DNA of 62,912 bases, counting the filler, from Octopus bimaculoides (Eukaryota), in the NCBI RefSeq assembly GCF_001194135.2. It is 4 parts of 4 records of this genome, joined end to end, with 100 filler letters (N's around TTAATTAATTAA, not from the genome) between each part and the next. Parts side by side here need not be neighbours in the genome. Positions count along the whole stretch, not along the records: positions 1 to 22,694 come from NC_068985.1; positions 22,795 to 53,866 come from NC_068992.1; 2 more parts are not named here. One strand, given 5' to 3'. Both the position numbers and the translations under genes were made by a program. Positions 12,786 through 26,120 of the stretch are shown in pieces (the first letter of the stretch is position 1; each line of letters begins with the position of its first letter). The notes beneath the pieces are model-generated. The model searched no databases, was not told the origin of the DNA, and saw only the letters and a program-made list of their open reading frames with translations.

Positions 12786-12844
12786 ATTAGCAAATGAAAT
12801 GCATGTATTTGTCAATAAATAATACCAAAATTTTTTCCAATCAC
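12786..12844 (-). CDS. Weak candidate internal exon (GDWKKFWYYLLTNTCISFAN)
   Basis: Minus-strand aaatag|GT...AAT|gtaagt, one open frame; no recognised homology. Confidence 0.18.
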
Positions 12845-13026
12845 CTATTTTAATATGAAATTACTATTCAAATACTATCTTCCCTTATTTTTCAATTTTT
12901 TTTACTTGTCTCACACACTTATAATATGTACATAGAGTCTTGAAGAAATGGACTATGCAGTTGTACATTACAAGAGCACAGCTTGGATTATAACCCTCTC
13001 TATGCACCATGTATGTGTGTTTATGA

Positions 13027-13074
<48 letters not shown>

Positions 13075-13109
13075 ATTTATGAATGTGTGTGTGTTCTTTT
13101 CTTTTTTTT

Positions 13110-13563
13110 CTTTTACGTGTTTCAGTCATTTGACTGGAGCACTGCATTGAAGGGTTTTTTTTTCAATTGAACAAATCGTTTTCTTTGTCTCTTTTAAGCC
13201 TACAACTTGTTCTTTTGGTCTCTTTTACCAAACCTCTAAGTTACTGGAACATAAACACACCAATGCTGGTGGTCAAGCAGTGATGGGAGGGACAAACAGA
13301 CACAAAGACACACACACTCACACCCAACCCATGCCAGCATGTAAAACAGGCGTTAAATGATGATGGTGATGATGATGATGACTATGATCATGATGAATGG
13401 CTATTATTATTATTATCACTATCCCTCAAATCATTTGTTTGTTTATGTTCATCGTAATTTGAATTTATATATATATACGACGGGCTTCTTTCAGTTTCCG
13501 TCTACCAAATCCACTCACAAGGTTTTGGTCAGCCCAAGGTTATAGTAAAAGACACTTGCCCAA
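13110..13563 (-). mobile_element. SINE family A, partial, interrupted by a family F tail
   Basis: tttcagtcatttgac...gacaaacagacac and cgggcttctttcagtttccgtctaccaaatccactcacaagg...gacacttgccc. Confidence 0.8.
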
Positions 13564-13838
13564 GTGACACACACACATATTCATGTGTATATATATAATA
13601 TATGTGTTTACTTAAGTGTATTTGTGTATACATATGTAAGTGTGCATGCGTGTGTGTGTGTCTGTGCGTGCATCTATGTCTGCAGCAATCTTTATAACTA
13701 AACTGACCGTGGATATACCATAAGCATGTTATACATTGAGAATGTCATAAAACTGCATTAAGTTGGATATAAAAATGTCATATAAATACTGCTTCAATTG
13801 TTAATAACTGATATATGCATGTATATATGTATGTACAT

Positions 13839-14243
13839 GCGCAGGAGTGGCTCTGTGGTAAGTAGCTTGCTTACCAACCACATGGCTCTGGGTTCAGTCC
13901 CACTGCGTGGCACCTTGGACAAGTGTCTTCTACTATAGCCTCGGGCCGACCAAAGCCTAGTGAGTGGATTTGGTAGACGGAAGCTGAAAGAAGCCTGTCG
14001 TATATATGTATATATGTATGTGTGGTGTATATGTTTGTGTGTCTGTGTTTGTCTCCCCAACTTCGCTTGACAACCGATGCTGGTGTGTTTACGTCCCCGT
14101 AACTTAGCGGTTCAGCAAAACAGACCAATAGAATAAGTACTAGGCTTACATAGAATAAGTCCAGGGGTTGATTTGCTCGACTAAAAGCGGTGCTCTAGCA
14201 TAGCCGCAGTCAAATGACTGAAACAAGTAAAAGAGTAAAAGAG
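13839..14243 (+). mobile_element. SINE family A, full length, relatively young
   Basis: Complete head, body and tail; most CpGs retained. Confidence 0.92.
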
Positions 14244-14394
14244 TATATATATATACACACATATATATATACACATATATATGCACACACACACACACAC
14301 ATATATATGTATGTATATATGCTTATATNNNNNNNNNNNNNNNNNNNNNNNNNNNNNNNNNNNNNNNNNNNNNNNNNNNNNNNNNNNNNNNNNN

Positions 14395-14427
<33 letters not shown>

Positions 14428-14565
14428 GGATGTATATATAGTATACATGCGTGTGTGTACATATATAAATATATATATGTATATTCATATATATGTTTGT
14501 ATGTTTATATAGGTAGTATTTATATCTGTATCTATGTGTGTATGTGGGTGTGTCTATATATATAA

Positions 14566-14597
<32 letters not shown>

Positions 14598-14635
14598 GTA
14601 TATTCATATATTTTTTTAATGTTTATATAAGTATT

Positions 14636-14683
<48 letters not shown>

Positions 14684-14769
14684 CACTTATACATACCCAT
14701 GCATACACATACGTGTGTATGTTTGTATCTACGTATGTATAAATATCACTCTACATAATTACCTTTCCT

Positions 14770-14970
14770 TAAACACATTCCCAACCAACAGTGCCATTCA
14801 TATCACTTCATCAACGTTTTAACTCTAATCTATTCAATTTTCCCTCCCAACTTTCTCCTTCAGTCACACCCAGTTCTAACCTTTTAGCAACAAGACCAAT
14901 GGCATAGGAAGAGAGTCAACCCAAACCACCCCCAATCTACCCGAAATTTCTGCTTCTTCTAAACAGCTTT
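14770..14970 (-). mobile_element. Possible ancient RTE RT fragment
   Basis: Minus-strand gaaatttcgggtagattgggggtgg loosely resembles the EEFGVxVGVHQG region; heavily decayed. Confidence 0.25.
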
Positions 14971-15308
14971 TTCTTTAATATATTCACTTAAAGACTTTTG
15001 TTGTATTTTACCAATATTTTTTGCAAGGTGGTTAAAATATGTAAATCAGCATAATGCAGTGAATGTATTCTAGCTTTCTCTAACTCTCTCTCTCTCTCTT
15101 TCTCACACACACACATACATGCACACAAACATTGATATATATGTATACACATGCATAAATAGAGTGATAGATCTGCACATATAGAGAGATAGATAGATCT
15201 GCATATACAGATAGACAGATAGAGAGAGAAAGAGAGAAATAGAGAAGTAGATATAAATATATAAATAACTCTGTATAATATATGCAAATATACATAGAAA
15301 GCCATATT

Positions 15309-15359
<51 letters not shown>

Positions 15360-16070
15360 NNNNNNNNNNNNNNNNNNNNNNNNNNNNNNNNNNNNNNNNN
15401 NNNNNNNNNNNNNNNNNNNNNNNNNNNNNNNNNNNNNNNNNNNNNNNNNNNNNNNNNNNNNNNNNNNNNNNNNNNNNNNNNNNNNNNNNNNNNNNNNNNN
15501 NNNNNNNNNNNNNNNNNNNNNNNNNNNNNNNNNNNNNNNNNNNNNNNNNNNNNNNNNNNNNNNNNNNNNNNNNNNNNNNNNNNNNNNNNNNNNNNNNNNN
15601 NNNNNNNNNNNNNNNNNNNNNNNNNNNNNNNNNNNNNNNNNNNNNNNNNNNNNNNNNNNNNNNNNNNNNNNNNNNNNNNNNNNNNNNNNNNNNNNNNNNN
15701 NNNNNNNNNNNNNNNNNNNNNNNNNNNNNNNNNNNNNNNNNNNNNNNNNNNNNNNNNNNNNNNNNNNNNNNNNNNNNNNNNNNNNNNNNNNNNNNNNNNN
15801 NNNNNNNNNNNNNNNNNNNNNNNNNNNNNNNNNNNNNNNNNNNNNNNNNNNNNNNNNNNNNNNNNNNNNNNNNNNNNNNNNNNNNNNNNNNNNNNNNNNN
15901 NNNNNNNNNNNNNNNNNNNNNNNNNNNNNNNNNNNNNNNNNNNNNNNNNNNNNNNNNNNNNNNNNNNNNNNNNNNNNNNNNNNNNNNNNNNNNNNNNNNN
16001 NNNNNNNNNNNNNNNNNNNNNNNNNNNNNNNNNNNNNNNNNNNNNNNNNNNNNNNNNNNNNNNNNNNNNN

Positions 16071-16140
<70 letters not shown>

Positions 16141-16306
16141 AGATAGACAGATATACACACACACATATACATGTATGTTGATAGAGAGATAGATAAATAT
16201 AAGAATTTGTGTGTATATACATGTATATCTGCCCATATATATATACAAAGATATACATGTTTGTGCATGCATATGTTTGTAGGCATACTCATGCATGTGT
16301 TCATGT

Positions 16307-16340
<34 letters not shown>

Positions 16341-16716
16341 AGACACATATACACACACATGCACAGACAAACTACTTCTCATTACGTAAAAGATTGTTCT
16401 ATTTTATGAATATTATTGTATGTTGCTATCATCAACATCATCATTGTTTTAACATCTCCTTTTCCGTGTTTCCATGGGTCTGTCAGAATTTATTGAAGCA
16501 ACATTTTTTTTATAGCTGGATGTCCTTCATGTCACCAACTGTTGCCTGTTTCCAACAAACGTTCACAGAAGATGTATGTGAAATGAAGGACACCACTTGT
16601 ATGATGGTGACACTAATTTACTATTATCAAATGATGTGAATAGTAGGGGTCAAAACCTCATACACCTTCCCTATATACACACATCTTTACATATATCTTT
16701 ACACAGACACATATGG

Positions 16717-16756
<40 letters not shown>

Positions 16757-16781
16757 ACACACTCATGTATATACATATGTC

Positions 16782-16862
<81 letters not shown>

Positions 16863-17178
16863 NNNNNNNNNNNNNNNNNNNNNNNNNNNNNNNNNNNNNN
16901 NNNNNNNNNNNNNNNNNNNNNNNNNNNNNNNNNNNNNNNNNNNNNNNNNNNNNNNNNNNNNNNNNNNNNNNNNNNNNNNNNNNNNNNNNNNNNNNNNNNN
17001 NNNNNNNNNNNNNNNNNNNNNNNNNNNNNNNNNNNNNNNNNNNNNNNNNNNNNNNNNNNNNNNNNNNNNNNNNNNNNNNNNNNNNNNNNNNNNNNNNNNN
17101 NNNNNNNNNNNNNNNNNNNNNNNNNNNNNNNNNNNNNNNNNNNNNNNNNNNNNNNNNNNNNNNNNNNNNNNNNNNNNN

Positions 17179-17215
<37 letters not shown>

Positions 17216-17637
17216 ATACATCCATATGTATAGGTCATCTCATTTTCATATATCTTTGAAAATACTCGAAGTTCAGTGGTGCAGGAACTCTACCTGTCTC
17301 ACTGGTAAACCCAGTGTGCTAATCTAATATGTGAAAGGATAACGTATTAATATAAGTAAGAAGGCAAAGATTAACTTAAGCAAGCACAACATGAATATTT
17401 ATTACAATTGTTGATGATATGAAAATGAAATGAAAATGGGTTAGTGTTGGGAACAGGAAGAGTATCCAGATGTAAAATCTTGCCTTAAATAACTCTTGAC
17501 AATACCATGCTATAATGGAAAAAGGCATGTTAATAAATACATACAAATATATATAGGTAGATAGGTAGATAGGTAGAGAGGGAGGGAGAGATGCATGTTT
17601 ATGTATACATAGTAGTATACATATGTGTGAGTGTGTA

Positions 17638-17675
<38 letters not shown>

Positions 17676-17789
17676 NNNNNNNNNNTATATATATATATAT
17701 ATATATATACATACATACACAGACACACACACATATACACACACACATACATATATATATGTATGTATGTGTGTGTATATATATATACA

Positions 17790-18112
17790 GTGGAGGCGCA
17801 ATGGCCCAGTGGTTAAGGCAGTGAACTTGTAGTCGTAGGATCGTGGTTTTGATTCCCAGACCAGGCGTTGTGAATGTTTATTGACTGAAAACACCTAAAG
17901 CTCCATGAGGCTCCGGCAGGGGGTAGTGGTGAACCCTGCTGTACTCTTTCACCACAATATTCTCTCTGTCTTTCTTCCTGTTTCTGGTGTACCTGTATTT
18001 CAAAGGGCCAGCCTTGTCACACTCTGTGTCACACTGAATCTCCTCGAGAACTACGTTAAGGGTGCACGTGTCTGTGGAGTACTCAGCCACTTGCACGTTA
18101 ATTTTACAAGCA
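17790..18112 (+). mobile_element. tRNA-derived SINE family C, 3'-truncated
   Basis: gtggaggcgcaatggcccagtggttaaggc...gattcccagacc; colinear with the 58084 copy. Confidence 0.88.
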
Positions 18113-18237
18113 TAATATAGATACACACGCACACACACATATACACATATACATACATATATTTATATAACTAATATAGACACACACACATACACATATA
18201 CATATATATTTATATAACTATATATATAAATATATAT

Positions 18238-18636
18238 ACTCTTTTACTCTTTTACTTGTTTCAGTCATTTGACTGCGGCCATGTTGGAGCACCGCCTTTA
18301 GTCGAGCAAATCGACCCCAGGACTTATTCTTTGGAAGCCTAGTACTTATTCTATCATCTCTTTTGCCAAACCGCTAAGTTCCGGGGACATAAACACACCA
18401 CCATCGGTTGTCAAGCGATGGTGGTGGGGGGGACAAACAGACACACAAACACACACATATATATATACACATATATACGACGGGCTTCTTTCAGTTTCCG
18501 TCTACCAAATCCACTCACAAGGCTTCGGTCGGCCCAAGGCTATAGTAGAAGACACTTGCCCAAGGTGCCACGCAGTGGGACTGAACCCGGAACTATGTGG
18601 TTGGTAAGCAAGCTACTTACCACACAGCCACTTCTG
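18238..18636 (-). mobile_element. SINE family A, full length
   Basis: Reverse complement of the 13839 copy end to end. Confidence 0.92.
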
Positions 18637-18777
18637 ATTCATAGAAACTTGTTACTAGTTCAAATATGCTTGAGACATATGAGACATATTTGAACCCATA
18701 AGAGAGAGGTTCACTCTAGCATCACTGTTTATCATTCTCACCCCATACATACATATATATGCACATATTCTTTAACT

Positions 18778-19199
18778 CATTTACTTTGTTTCAGTCATTT
18801 GACAATGGCCATGCTGGAGCACTGCTTTGAAGGGTTTTAGTCAAACAAATCAACCCCAGGACTTATGTTCTTTTAAGCTTTGTACTTATTCTATCAGTAC
18901 TTATTCTATTAACTGAGCCACTAAGTGATGGGGCCATAAACACACCAAGATCGGTTGTCAAGCAGTGATGGAGGGACAAACACATTCACAAAGACACACA
19001 CACACACAGACACACACACACACATGCACATCCACAATGTACTTCTTTCAGTTTTCATCTACCAAATCCACATTCACAAGGCTTTGGCCAGCCTGAGGCT
19101 ATAGTAGGAGATACATGACCAAGGTGTCACGCAGTAGGACTGAACCCGGAACCATGTGGTTGGGAAGTAAGCTCCTTACTACATAGCCACGCCTGCACC
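18778..19199 (-). mobile_element. SINE family A, older CpG-decayed copy
   Basis: Same architecture; ends catagccacgcctgcacc. Confidence 0.88.
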
Positions 19200-19278
19200 T
19201 ATAATATATGTATATGCATTTATGTGTGTGTGTGGTGTGTATACGTGTGTGTGTGTGGTGTGTATATGTATGTGTGTG

Positions 19279-19311
<33 letters not shown>

Positions 19312-19550
19312 CATACACACACATCCACACATAACTACTTCTAATGTGTGTATATATGCTGACATAGTCATGTATATGAAGGAGAAATTTAACATGTATG
19401 CTGCAATATATGCACCTTCTTACAATTTTAAAAATTTAAATGTGAAAAATATGAATAAATTAATATATACTTTGATTTACAATTAGACATACATAACTGT
19501 ATATAAATATATATTTATATATATTCATGTGTATGTGTGTATATATATAT

Positions 19551-19740
19551 GGGAGAATTTACGAAAAAAAACAACAACAGACAAGGACAGGTGGTGTAAA
19601 CAACAAAAGGATGTATTAGTTTAACGCTCGGGAATACAGAAAGTCTTTAACATTTCGAGCTACACTCTTCAACAGAAAGAATACAGAGAAAACAAGGAGA
19701 AGAACACGGAGAAAAAAAATTGAATGTTTTGTCAGCGATC
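19551..19740 (-). mobile_element. PLE pLTR-like repeat (family P1) with hammerhead-like motif
   Basis: Shares agcgttaaactaataca and ctgtYgaagag.gtag.ctcgaaa with 33207 and 33990. Confidence 0.55.
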
Positions 19741-19741
19741 A

Positions 19742-19779
<38 letters not shown>

Positions 19780-20340
19780 NNNNNNNNNNNNNNNNNNNNN
19801 NNNNNNNNNNNNNNNNNNNNNNNNNNNNNNNNNNNNNNNNNNNNNNNNNNNNNNNNNNNNNNNNNNNNNNNNNNNNNNNNNNNNNNNNNNNNNNNNNNNN
19901 NNNNNNNNNNNNNNNNNNNNNNNNNNNNNNNNNNNNNNNNNNNNNNNNNNNNNNNNNNNNNNNNNNNNNNNNNNNNNNNNNNNNNNNNNNNNNNNNNNNN
20001 NNNNNNNNNNNNNNNNNNNNNNNNNNNNNNNNNNNNNNNNNNNNNNNNNNNNNNNNNNNNNNNNNNNNNNNNNNNNNNNNNNNNNNNNNNNNNNNNNNNN
20101 NNNNNNNNNNNNNNNNNNNNNNNNNNNNNNNNNNNNNNNNNNNNNNNNNNNNNNNNNNNNNNNNNNNNNNNNNNNGGGGGGGGGGGCAAATAGACACAGA
20201 GAGAGGTTTCAGGACAATCAAGAAAGAGGAGAAAGAATAATAAAGATGGGGAAAGGATAGATAGATAAATACACAATCACACACCAAACCCGAAGCAACA
20301 GAAAATTTTAATGAGCACACAGAGCATATAGTCCTGAAGA

Positions 20341-20870
20341 TCATAAATTTGTCAGATAGAGCCTCAAAAAGAACAAGATGAATCTCCTACTGAAAGGTTC
20401 CAAATTTACCCCAACACCCACCCCTAATCTCATTGAACTAAAAGCTGATATTGAGCATTTTAACCTCCACCTCTGGCTTCTAGAATTCTTCGGCAATAAG
20501 GATACAAACGACAAATCAATTGTCAGAAATAAATTCCTCTTCATCCCCTACAAGGGGAATGACAAACATTTAGATACATATATAGACACAATCTCGAAAT
20601 TTCCCCTAAGTACCCGTTAATGCAAACAAAATCTTCATAAAGAAGAAAAAGAAGCCTTACTAACACTAAAGAATGACAATTCAATCATCCTAAAAGAAGC
20701 CGATAAGGGAGGGGTGATAGTGATCATGGACAAAGACTACTATAAAGATAAAATATTGGAAATCCTAACAGAACAAACCTACTACAAGGAAGAACCAAGA
20801 AACCCAGAAAAAAACAATAATGAATTAAATCAAAAACACTACTTAATGAATATCAAGATTCCTTCACAGA
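20341..20870 (+). mobile_element. Penelope-like element ORF N-terminal remnant
   Basis: INLSD...LLLKGSKFTPTP...LEFF and NLHKEEKEALLTLKNDNSIILKEADKGGVIVIMDKDYY, the PLE pre-RT ADKG motif. Confidence 0.85.
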
Positions 20871-20877
20871 CAAGGAC

Positions 20878-20982
<105 letters not shown>

Positions 20983-21009
20983 TATGTGTGTGTGTGTCTN
21001 NNNNNNNNN

Positions 21010-21041
<32 letters not shown>

Positions 21042-21043
<2 letters not shown>

Positions 21044-21275
21044 GTAATCCCTCAACTATCATGGGTGTTACATTCCACCCCCCCCCCCACAATAGGTGAA
21101 AATCCACGAAGTAGAAACAGTACTGTACTGTATATTTTTTCTATTTTTATAATTTGTATATATTTTTTAATTGTAAATGCAAAACAATACCATGGAGTGA
21201 TCGACATAAACTTAAATAATAGACCACAATATGTGAACCACAGTAGGTGAACCACGATCTGACGAGGGATTACTG
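21042..21275. mobile_element. pogo/Tigger-like MITE
   Basis: TIRs (t)agtaatccctc and gagggattactg followed by TA; subterminal aggtgaaaatccacga and aggtgaaccacga resemble MER2/Tigger-type ends. Confidence 0.75.
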
Positions 21276-21465
21276 TACATCTTTTACTGATGTCACATAC
21301 TTAATGTATTTCATTTATATGCTTATTGGCTGCAGAGTTGCATCAAAGGACAGGCTCTTTTAAGATTTCAATGCTAAAGAACATTGAATATCTCAAATCA
21401 AGTAAAACAAATTGTCCAATCGGTGAACAAGAATGGTTGATATCAGAATTTAGCTTTTATTTTAG

Positions 21466-21540
21466 CATATCAGCCCCCAGAAACAGCTGTTGAACTTATA
21501 ACATCTTACTTCTTCCCCTTTAATTTTCTTTGGACTATGT
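21466..21540 (+). CDS. Candidate 75-nt phase 1-1 internal exon (AYQPPETAVELITSYFFPFNFLWTM)
   Basis: Strong acceptor ttagcttttattttag|, consensus donor |gtaagt, open frame, length divisible by 3; product not recognised. Confidence 0.3.
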
Positions 21541-21931
21541 GTAAGTTTGATCTATTAATACATAAATATATATTTATACTTAAATAGCTGCCTGAAAATG
21601 TTCAGTTTTTGCTTTCTCTCTGTTCAGTGATATACATATATACATATTTTGTATTTCATATCCAAGCTGTTAATATTTAATTTGTTCATCTGCATAATTG
21701 CCTCTAATCATAAATATGTATTTATATATATATATATAAAAAAATGTGAAAACAAAGGGAAAAATCAATTATATTATGAATTTCATTAGCTTTCTGTTGT
21801 TTTTGCTCTATGATGCAGGGGAGTGCCTGAATAATACCTTATAACTTCAGCGGAGCCTTAAATATGAAGTGTTTTATATATACATACATATATATATATA
21901 TATTTATATAGATATATATATNNNNNNNNNN

Positions 21932-21975
<44 letters not shown>

Positions 21976-22167
21976 TATTAGTAATTAGTAAAGGATTACC
22001 CCAAAATGTTTACTGGTTCATGCTCAGTTAGATATTCAAAATAGGTTATTCAACAGTTAATATATAAATCCAGTAATGTTCTTTTAAGATAAGAATTTAA
22101 AGATATATTTCATTGGATAATTCTGAATATATTACTTTAACCATATAGGTTTCCTGGAGTAGATAAT

Positions 22168-22661
22168 ATCAACAATAATAATAATAATAAGGGTTATTAC
22201 GAAGTTGCATAGCATTACCTTTATTTCTTTTAATATATATACAGCTTTAGATAGACCTACACATGTTTCAACTGCACTGATTAGTAACTGTTGTAATTGC
22301 AACACTACTATAATACTGGTGCAGTTTCTTCAGAGTCTTTACTTAATATCTTTCAATTTAACTGTTTAAAGTTTTTCATTTATCTACTCTGTATTGTATC
22401 ATGTACAGTTATCCGTTAAGTTAAACGTGAGCAATCTCCATTTCAAGTTTTGATTGGATAATCACTTATTATTTCAACCCATTCTGTTGTTTAAATGTTT
22501 ATTATTTGTGTGCAAGCATCTCAAAGCTTGTTCCTATCTAGAATTTATTACATTACCCTTGGATGTAAAAATCTAGTAAAATTCTTCTAAACATATATAA
22601 AAAGAATTGAAGGTAATATTATGCAGCTTCGTAATAATCCCTATTATTGTTGTTGAATTGT

Positions 22662-22665
<4 letters not shown>
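22168..22665. mobile_element. Old foldback/MITE with ~70-bp diverged TIRs
   Basis: atcaacaat...gggttattacgaagttgcatagcattacctttatttc versus reverse complement of gaattgaaggtaatattatgcagcttcgtaataatccc...attgttgat. Confidence 0.7.
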
Positions 22666-22694
<29 letters not shown>

Positions 22695-22738
22695 NNNNNN
22701 NNNNNNNNNNNNNNNNNNNNNNNNNNNNNNNNNNNNNN

Positions 22739-22750
22739 TTAATTAATTAA
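22739..22750. other. Artificial scaffold spacer TTAATTAATTAA inside N runs (also 53911-53922, 59392-59403)
   Basis: Identical palindromic 12-mer with stops in all six frames, each embedded in Ns. Confidence 0.9.
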
Positions 22751-22794
22751 NNNNNNNNNNNNNNNNNNNNNNNNNNNNNNNNNNNNNNNNNNNN

Positions 22795-22826
<32 letters not shown>

Positions 22827-23661
22827 CGTGGCGGGTGCACGCATACGGACGCGTACACACACACATGCATATAGGCATCCTCATAGTTTGCTTTATTGAA
22901 AATATTGCTGACTAATGCTTACATCTCCATTCTCAACAAATTGTTGCCGCTATCACTATCGTCGCTTTCTTCTTTTTTTTCTTCTTTGTTCTAGTCTACC
23001 GTATCTGAGCGCGTCTCAGCCATATATTGCCGTTCCTTACACAACATCTGCACAATAAACAATCATGTATATTGATTCGTGATTGTAAATTTATTGAACG
23101 CTGCTTTATGTATGATGTTTTTGCCCATTTGATGTGTTTTTTCTATACACACACACGTATATATATATATATATAGACATATACAGGCATGTATATATAC
23201 ATACATATTGCGTATACATACCTGTACACACACAAACATATCTACATATTTACATATATATATACACATATGTATGTATATATTCCAGCCAGAATGTATT
23301 ATTTCATATTGTGTATTTTTCACGTATCTATATTTTATATCAGAAATTGAAGTGGCAGTATTGTGGGCTATAGATTATTTTTCTGGCTTTGCAGATATTC
23401 TGTGTATTGACAAACGTGCGCGTACGTTATGTGTGTAATTCTGTCTTTGTAAATATGGGTATATTTTAAATAAAATATAGAATTCAATTGGTTATATTGC
23501 CCTTATTTTATTTTTATTTTCATCGCAATATAAAATGACAAGCATTCAGTAAGGCTCAAATGCAGCTCATTATATTTTCATACACAGACAGACACACGCG
23601 CCCGGGCACGCACACACACACCCTCATTTCAGTAAAAAGATATATATGTGTGTTTGTGTGT

Positions 23662-23715
<54 letters not shown>

Positions 23716-24113
23716 ACGTATGTGCATGTACACATATATAGAAAAATGTTTGTTCATATCTTGCCATGAGTGCGTACGTTAGTGTTTCCTGTGTTCTGTA
23801 TTGTATAAAAATCGCAGTTTTCCATTTATTTTTATTCTATTTATTCCAATATATATGAAAACGTAAACGAATTCGACTTTCAGTTTCATATCAAAGTAAT
23901 TTTCTCAATTACAAACACTCCCGTACAAATAGACACAAATATATACGTATATATATATATGCATACACACACATATATGTATGTATATTTATATATATTC
24001 AGGTGTAAATATGTATTTATATGTACTTATCTGTCTACCACTCTGTCTCTGTATATAACTGTATGCATATAGATGTATATATAGACACATATCATCTATA
24101 TATAAAGTTTATG

Positions 24114-24164
<51 letters not shown>

Positions 24165-26056
24165 NNNNNNNNNNNNNNNNNNNNNNNNNNNNNNNNNNNN
24201 NNNNNNNNNNNNNNNNNNNNNTGTTGTAAACGTATGTATGTTTGTATGTGTATTGTGTGTGTACATGTAACATATATCGACACATAATACATGCCTGCAT
24301 ACACATAATTCGGACACGATATTTTAACGGTTTCATTTAAGACACTTTCATCTGCAATGCAATTCTCGTTTCTTCAATCTCAATGATAAAACTATATATA
24401 TATTTTTTGAAGCTTTCTCTTTCAGGTGCTTGTTAGAAACCATTTATTTTCCAATTGAATTTTTTTTACTGAATTTTCGTACATTCTGTTGTCTATTTTG
24501 TAATTCATTTTTTGTTGTCGTTCTTAATAATGCTGCTTTGATGTTCAATAAAAATATCCTGAACGGTATTTGTTTGATTGTTTGACAGTATGGACACGTA
24601 AATGTATGTATTTGAGTATGCTGTGGTGTGTAATGTAAATATTCCTACCAAGCCATAGCAGAAGCAAAAATACTCATATGCTATACCTGGTTGAAATGTA
24701 CCTTACTAATCTACAATGAAACGCTATTATCACAAGTTGTATTTAGAATCTTTTATTATATGTGTAAGAAGTCTATTTCCGGAAGAAATTTAATGAAATA
24801 TTGAAATGTATCCTTTAAAAAATAACATCATTTAAAACATTTAAGGCAGATATAAACAGAGTAAATTATATGCCTTGCTTTTGTGTTATCCATTTAGTGC
24901 AGATCGATACTAAAATTATTTCTACTCCGGAAAATTTTAAAATTTCCCACAGATAGTCTATGTAGGACTCCATTATCTTGTGTGCAGCCTCTCTTCTTAA
25001 TAAACGGGCATGTAATACTTTTGGATCTGTATTCATTCCTATATATGTATATTCACCTTTCTTTAGGAAGCCTCGCAATCAGTGAATATTATTCTTATTT
25101 CATAGTTCAAACATTTGGTATGTGGGTGTTTGATTCCAGCGAACTGTAATAGTTGCACTCTGAGCTCGATGTAATCTACTTTCTCTCATCCCTCATCTTA
25201 CTGACCTTTGACCAAAATTTGAAGTCCATATAACTGTGTCATATTTCAAAGCCTAAAATATATGGTTACTTAATGAATCGGAGAGGAGGATTATTAGAAT
25301 GTTGGGGAAAGTGCTAAGATTGTAGTTTTGATATATGTTCTATTACGTTCTAATTTCAAATCTTGCATGATTCCATTTGCATTCTCACCTATTTGAAGGC
25401 GGTGTAATAAATAATGAAATTTTAGTGATTCTGCCTGTTTAAATGAATAGCCTTTGCTAAATTTGGAACACATGTTTTTGGTTTCATAAACCTTAACGTC
25501 AACACGAAACAATATTTGGAAAAAGGATAATATATTGAATAGTGTATCATAACTAAGTATTACGTGACCCTTGGTCTGTCACCAACATCCAGTTAGATCC
25601 TGATTGATAGACAATATCTTGCAGATAAACACATGGCATAATATTGGAGAGAATTTTAATTTGAATTAAGATAAACTTTGAATTAAAATCGCATTTTAGT
25701 TTGTAACACAATATGAACAGATAGAAAATGTATGTTAATAAAATATCTCCAAACCTCGTATCCTGAGCTACTTATGAAAAACGGGACCCAGTAATAATGA
25801 TTTAATATTGATTCCATAACAAAGAAACGTTCTGTTCTCTGAACAACTCTTATTTATTGCAACATATGACATTTATTTACTAGGTAAATGAGTTATATAA
25901 GTAAACAGTCAACTTTATGTCGACGTAAAGATTTAATATTTAATGTGTTGAACACATTCAGATACCCTGAGGTATCAGAAAGCTTCCACTGCAGAAAAAA
26001 TGTTACGACAATTTTCTCCTCTAAAGGAGTGTTTCAAAACACATTAGTTTGTGAAT

Positions 26057-26120
26057 GATATCATGGGATCGCAGAACGCATGCGTTTCTACTTCGTTATA
26101 CCTCATCAGGCACGAATATC
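26057..26120 (-). ncRNA. Degenerate minimal type I hammerhead-like motif
   Basis: Minus strand CTGATGA-ggtataacgaagta-GAAA with palindromic stem III acgcatgcgt; stem I and II only partly paired. Confidence 0.45.

Noticed and set aside
24953-25117. 165-nt open segment between an AG and GTATGT
   Set aside because: No recognisable protein character; such segments arise by chance in this much AT-rich DNA
25294-25512. 72-aa minus ORF with KFHYLL, vaguely like an LTR-retrotransposon gag motif
   Set aside because: Similarity too short; no LTRs or pol remnants nearby
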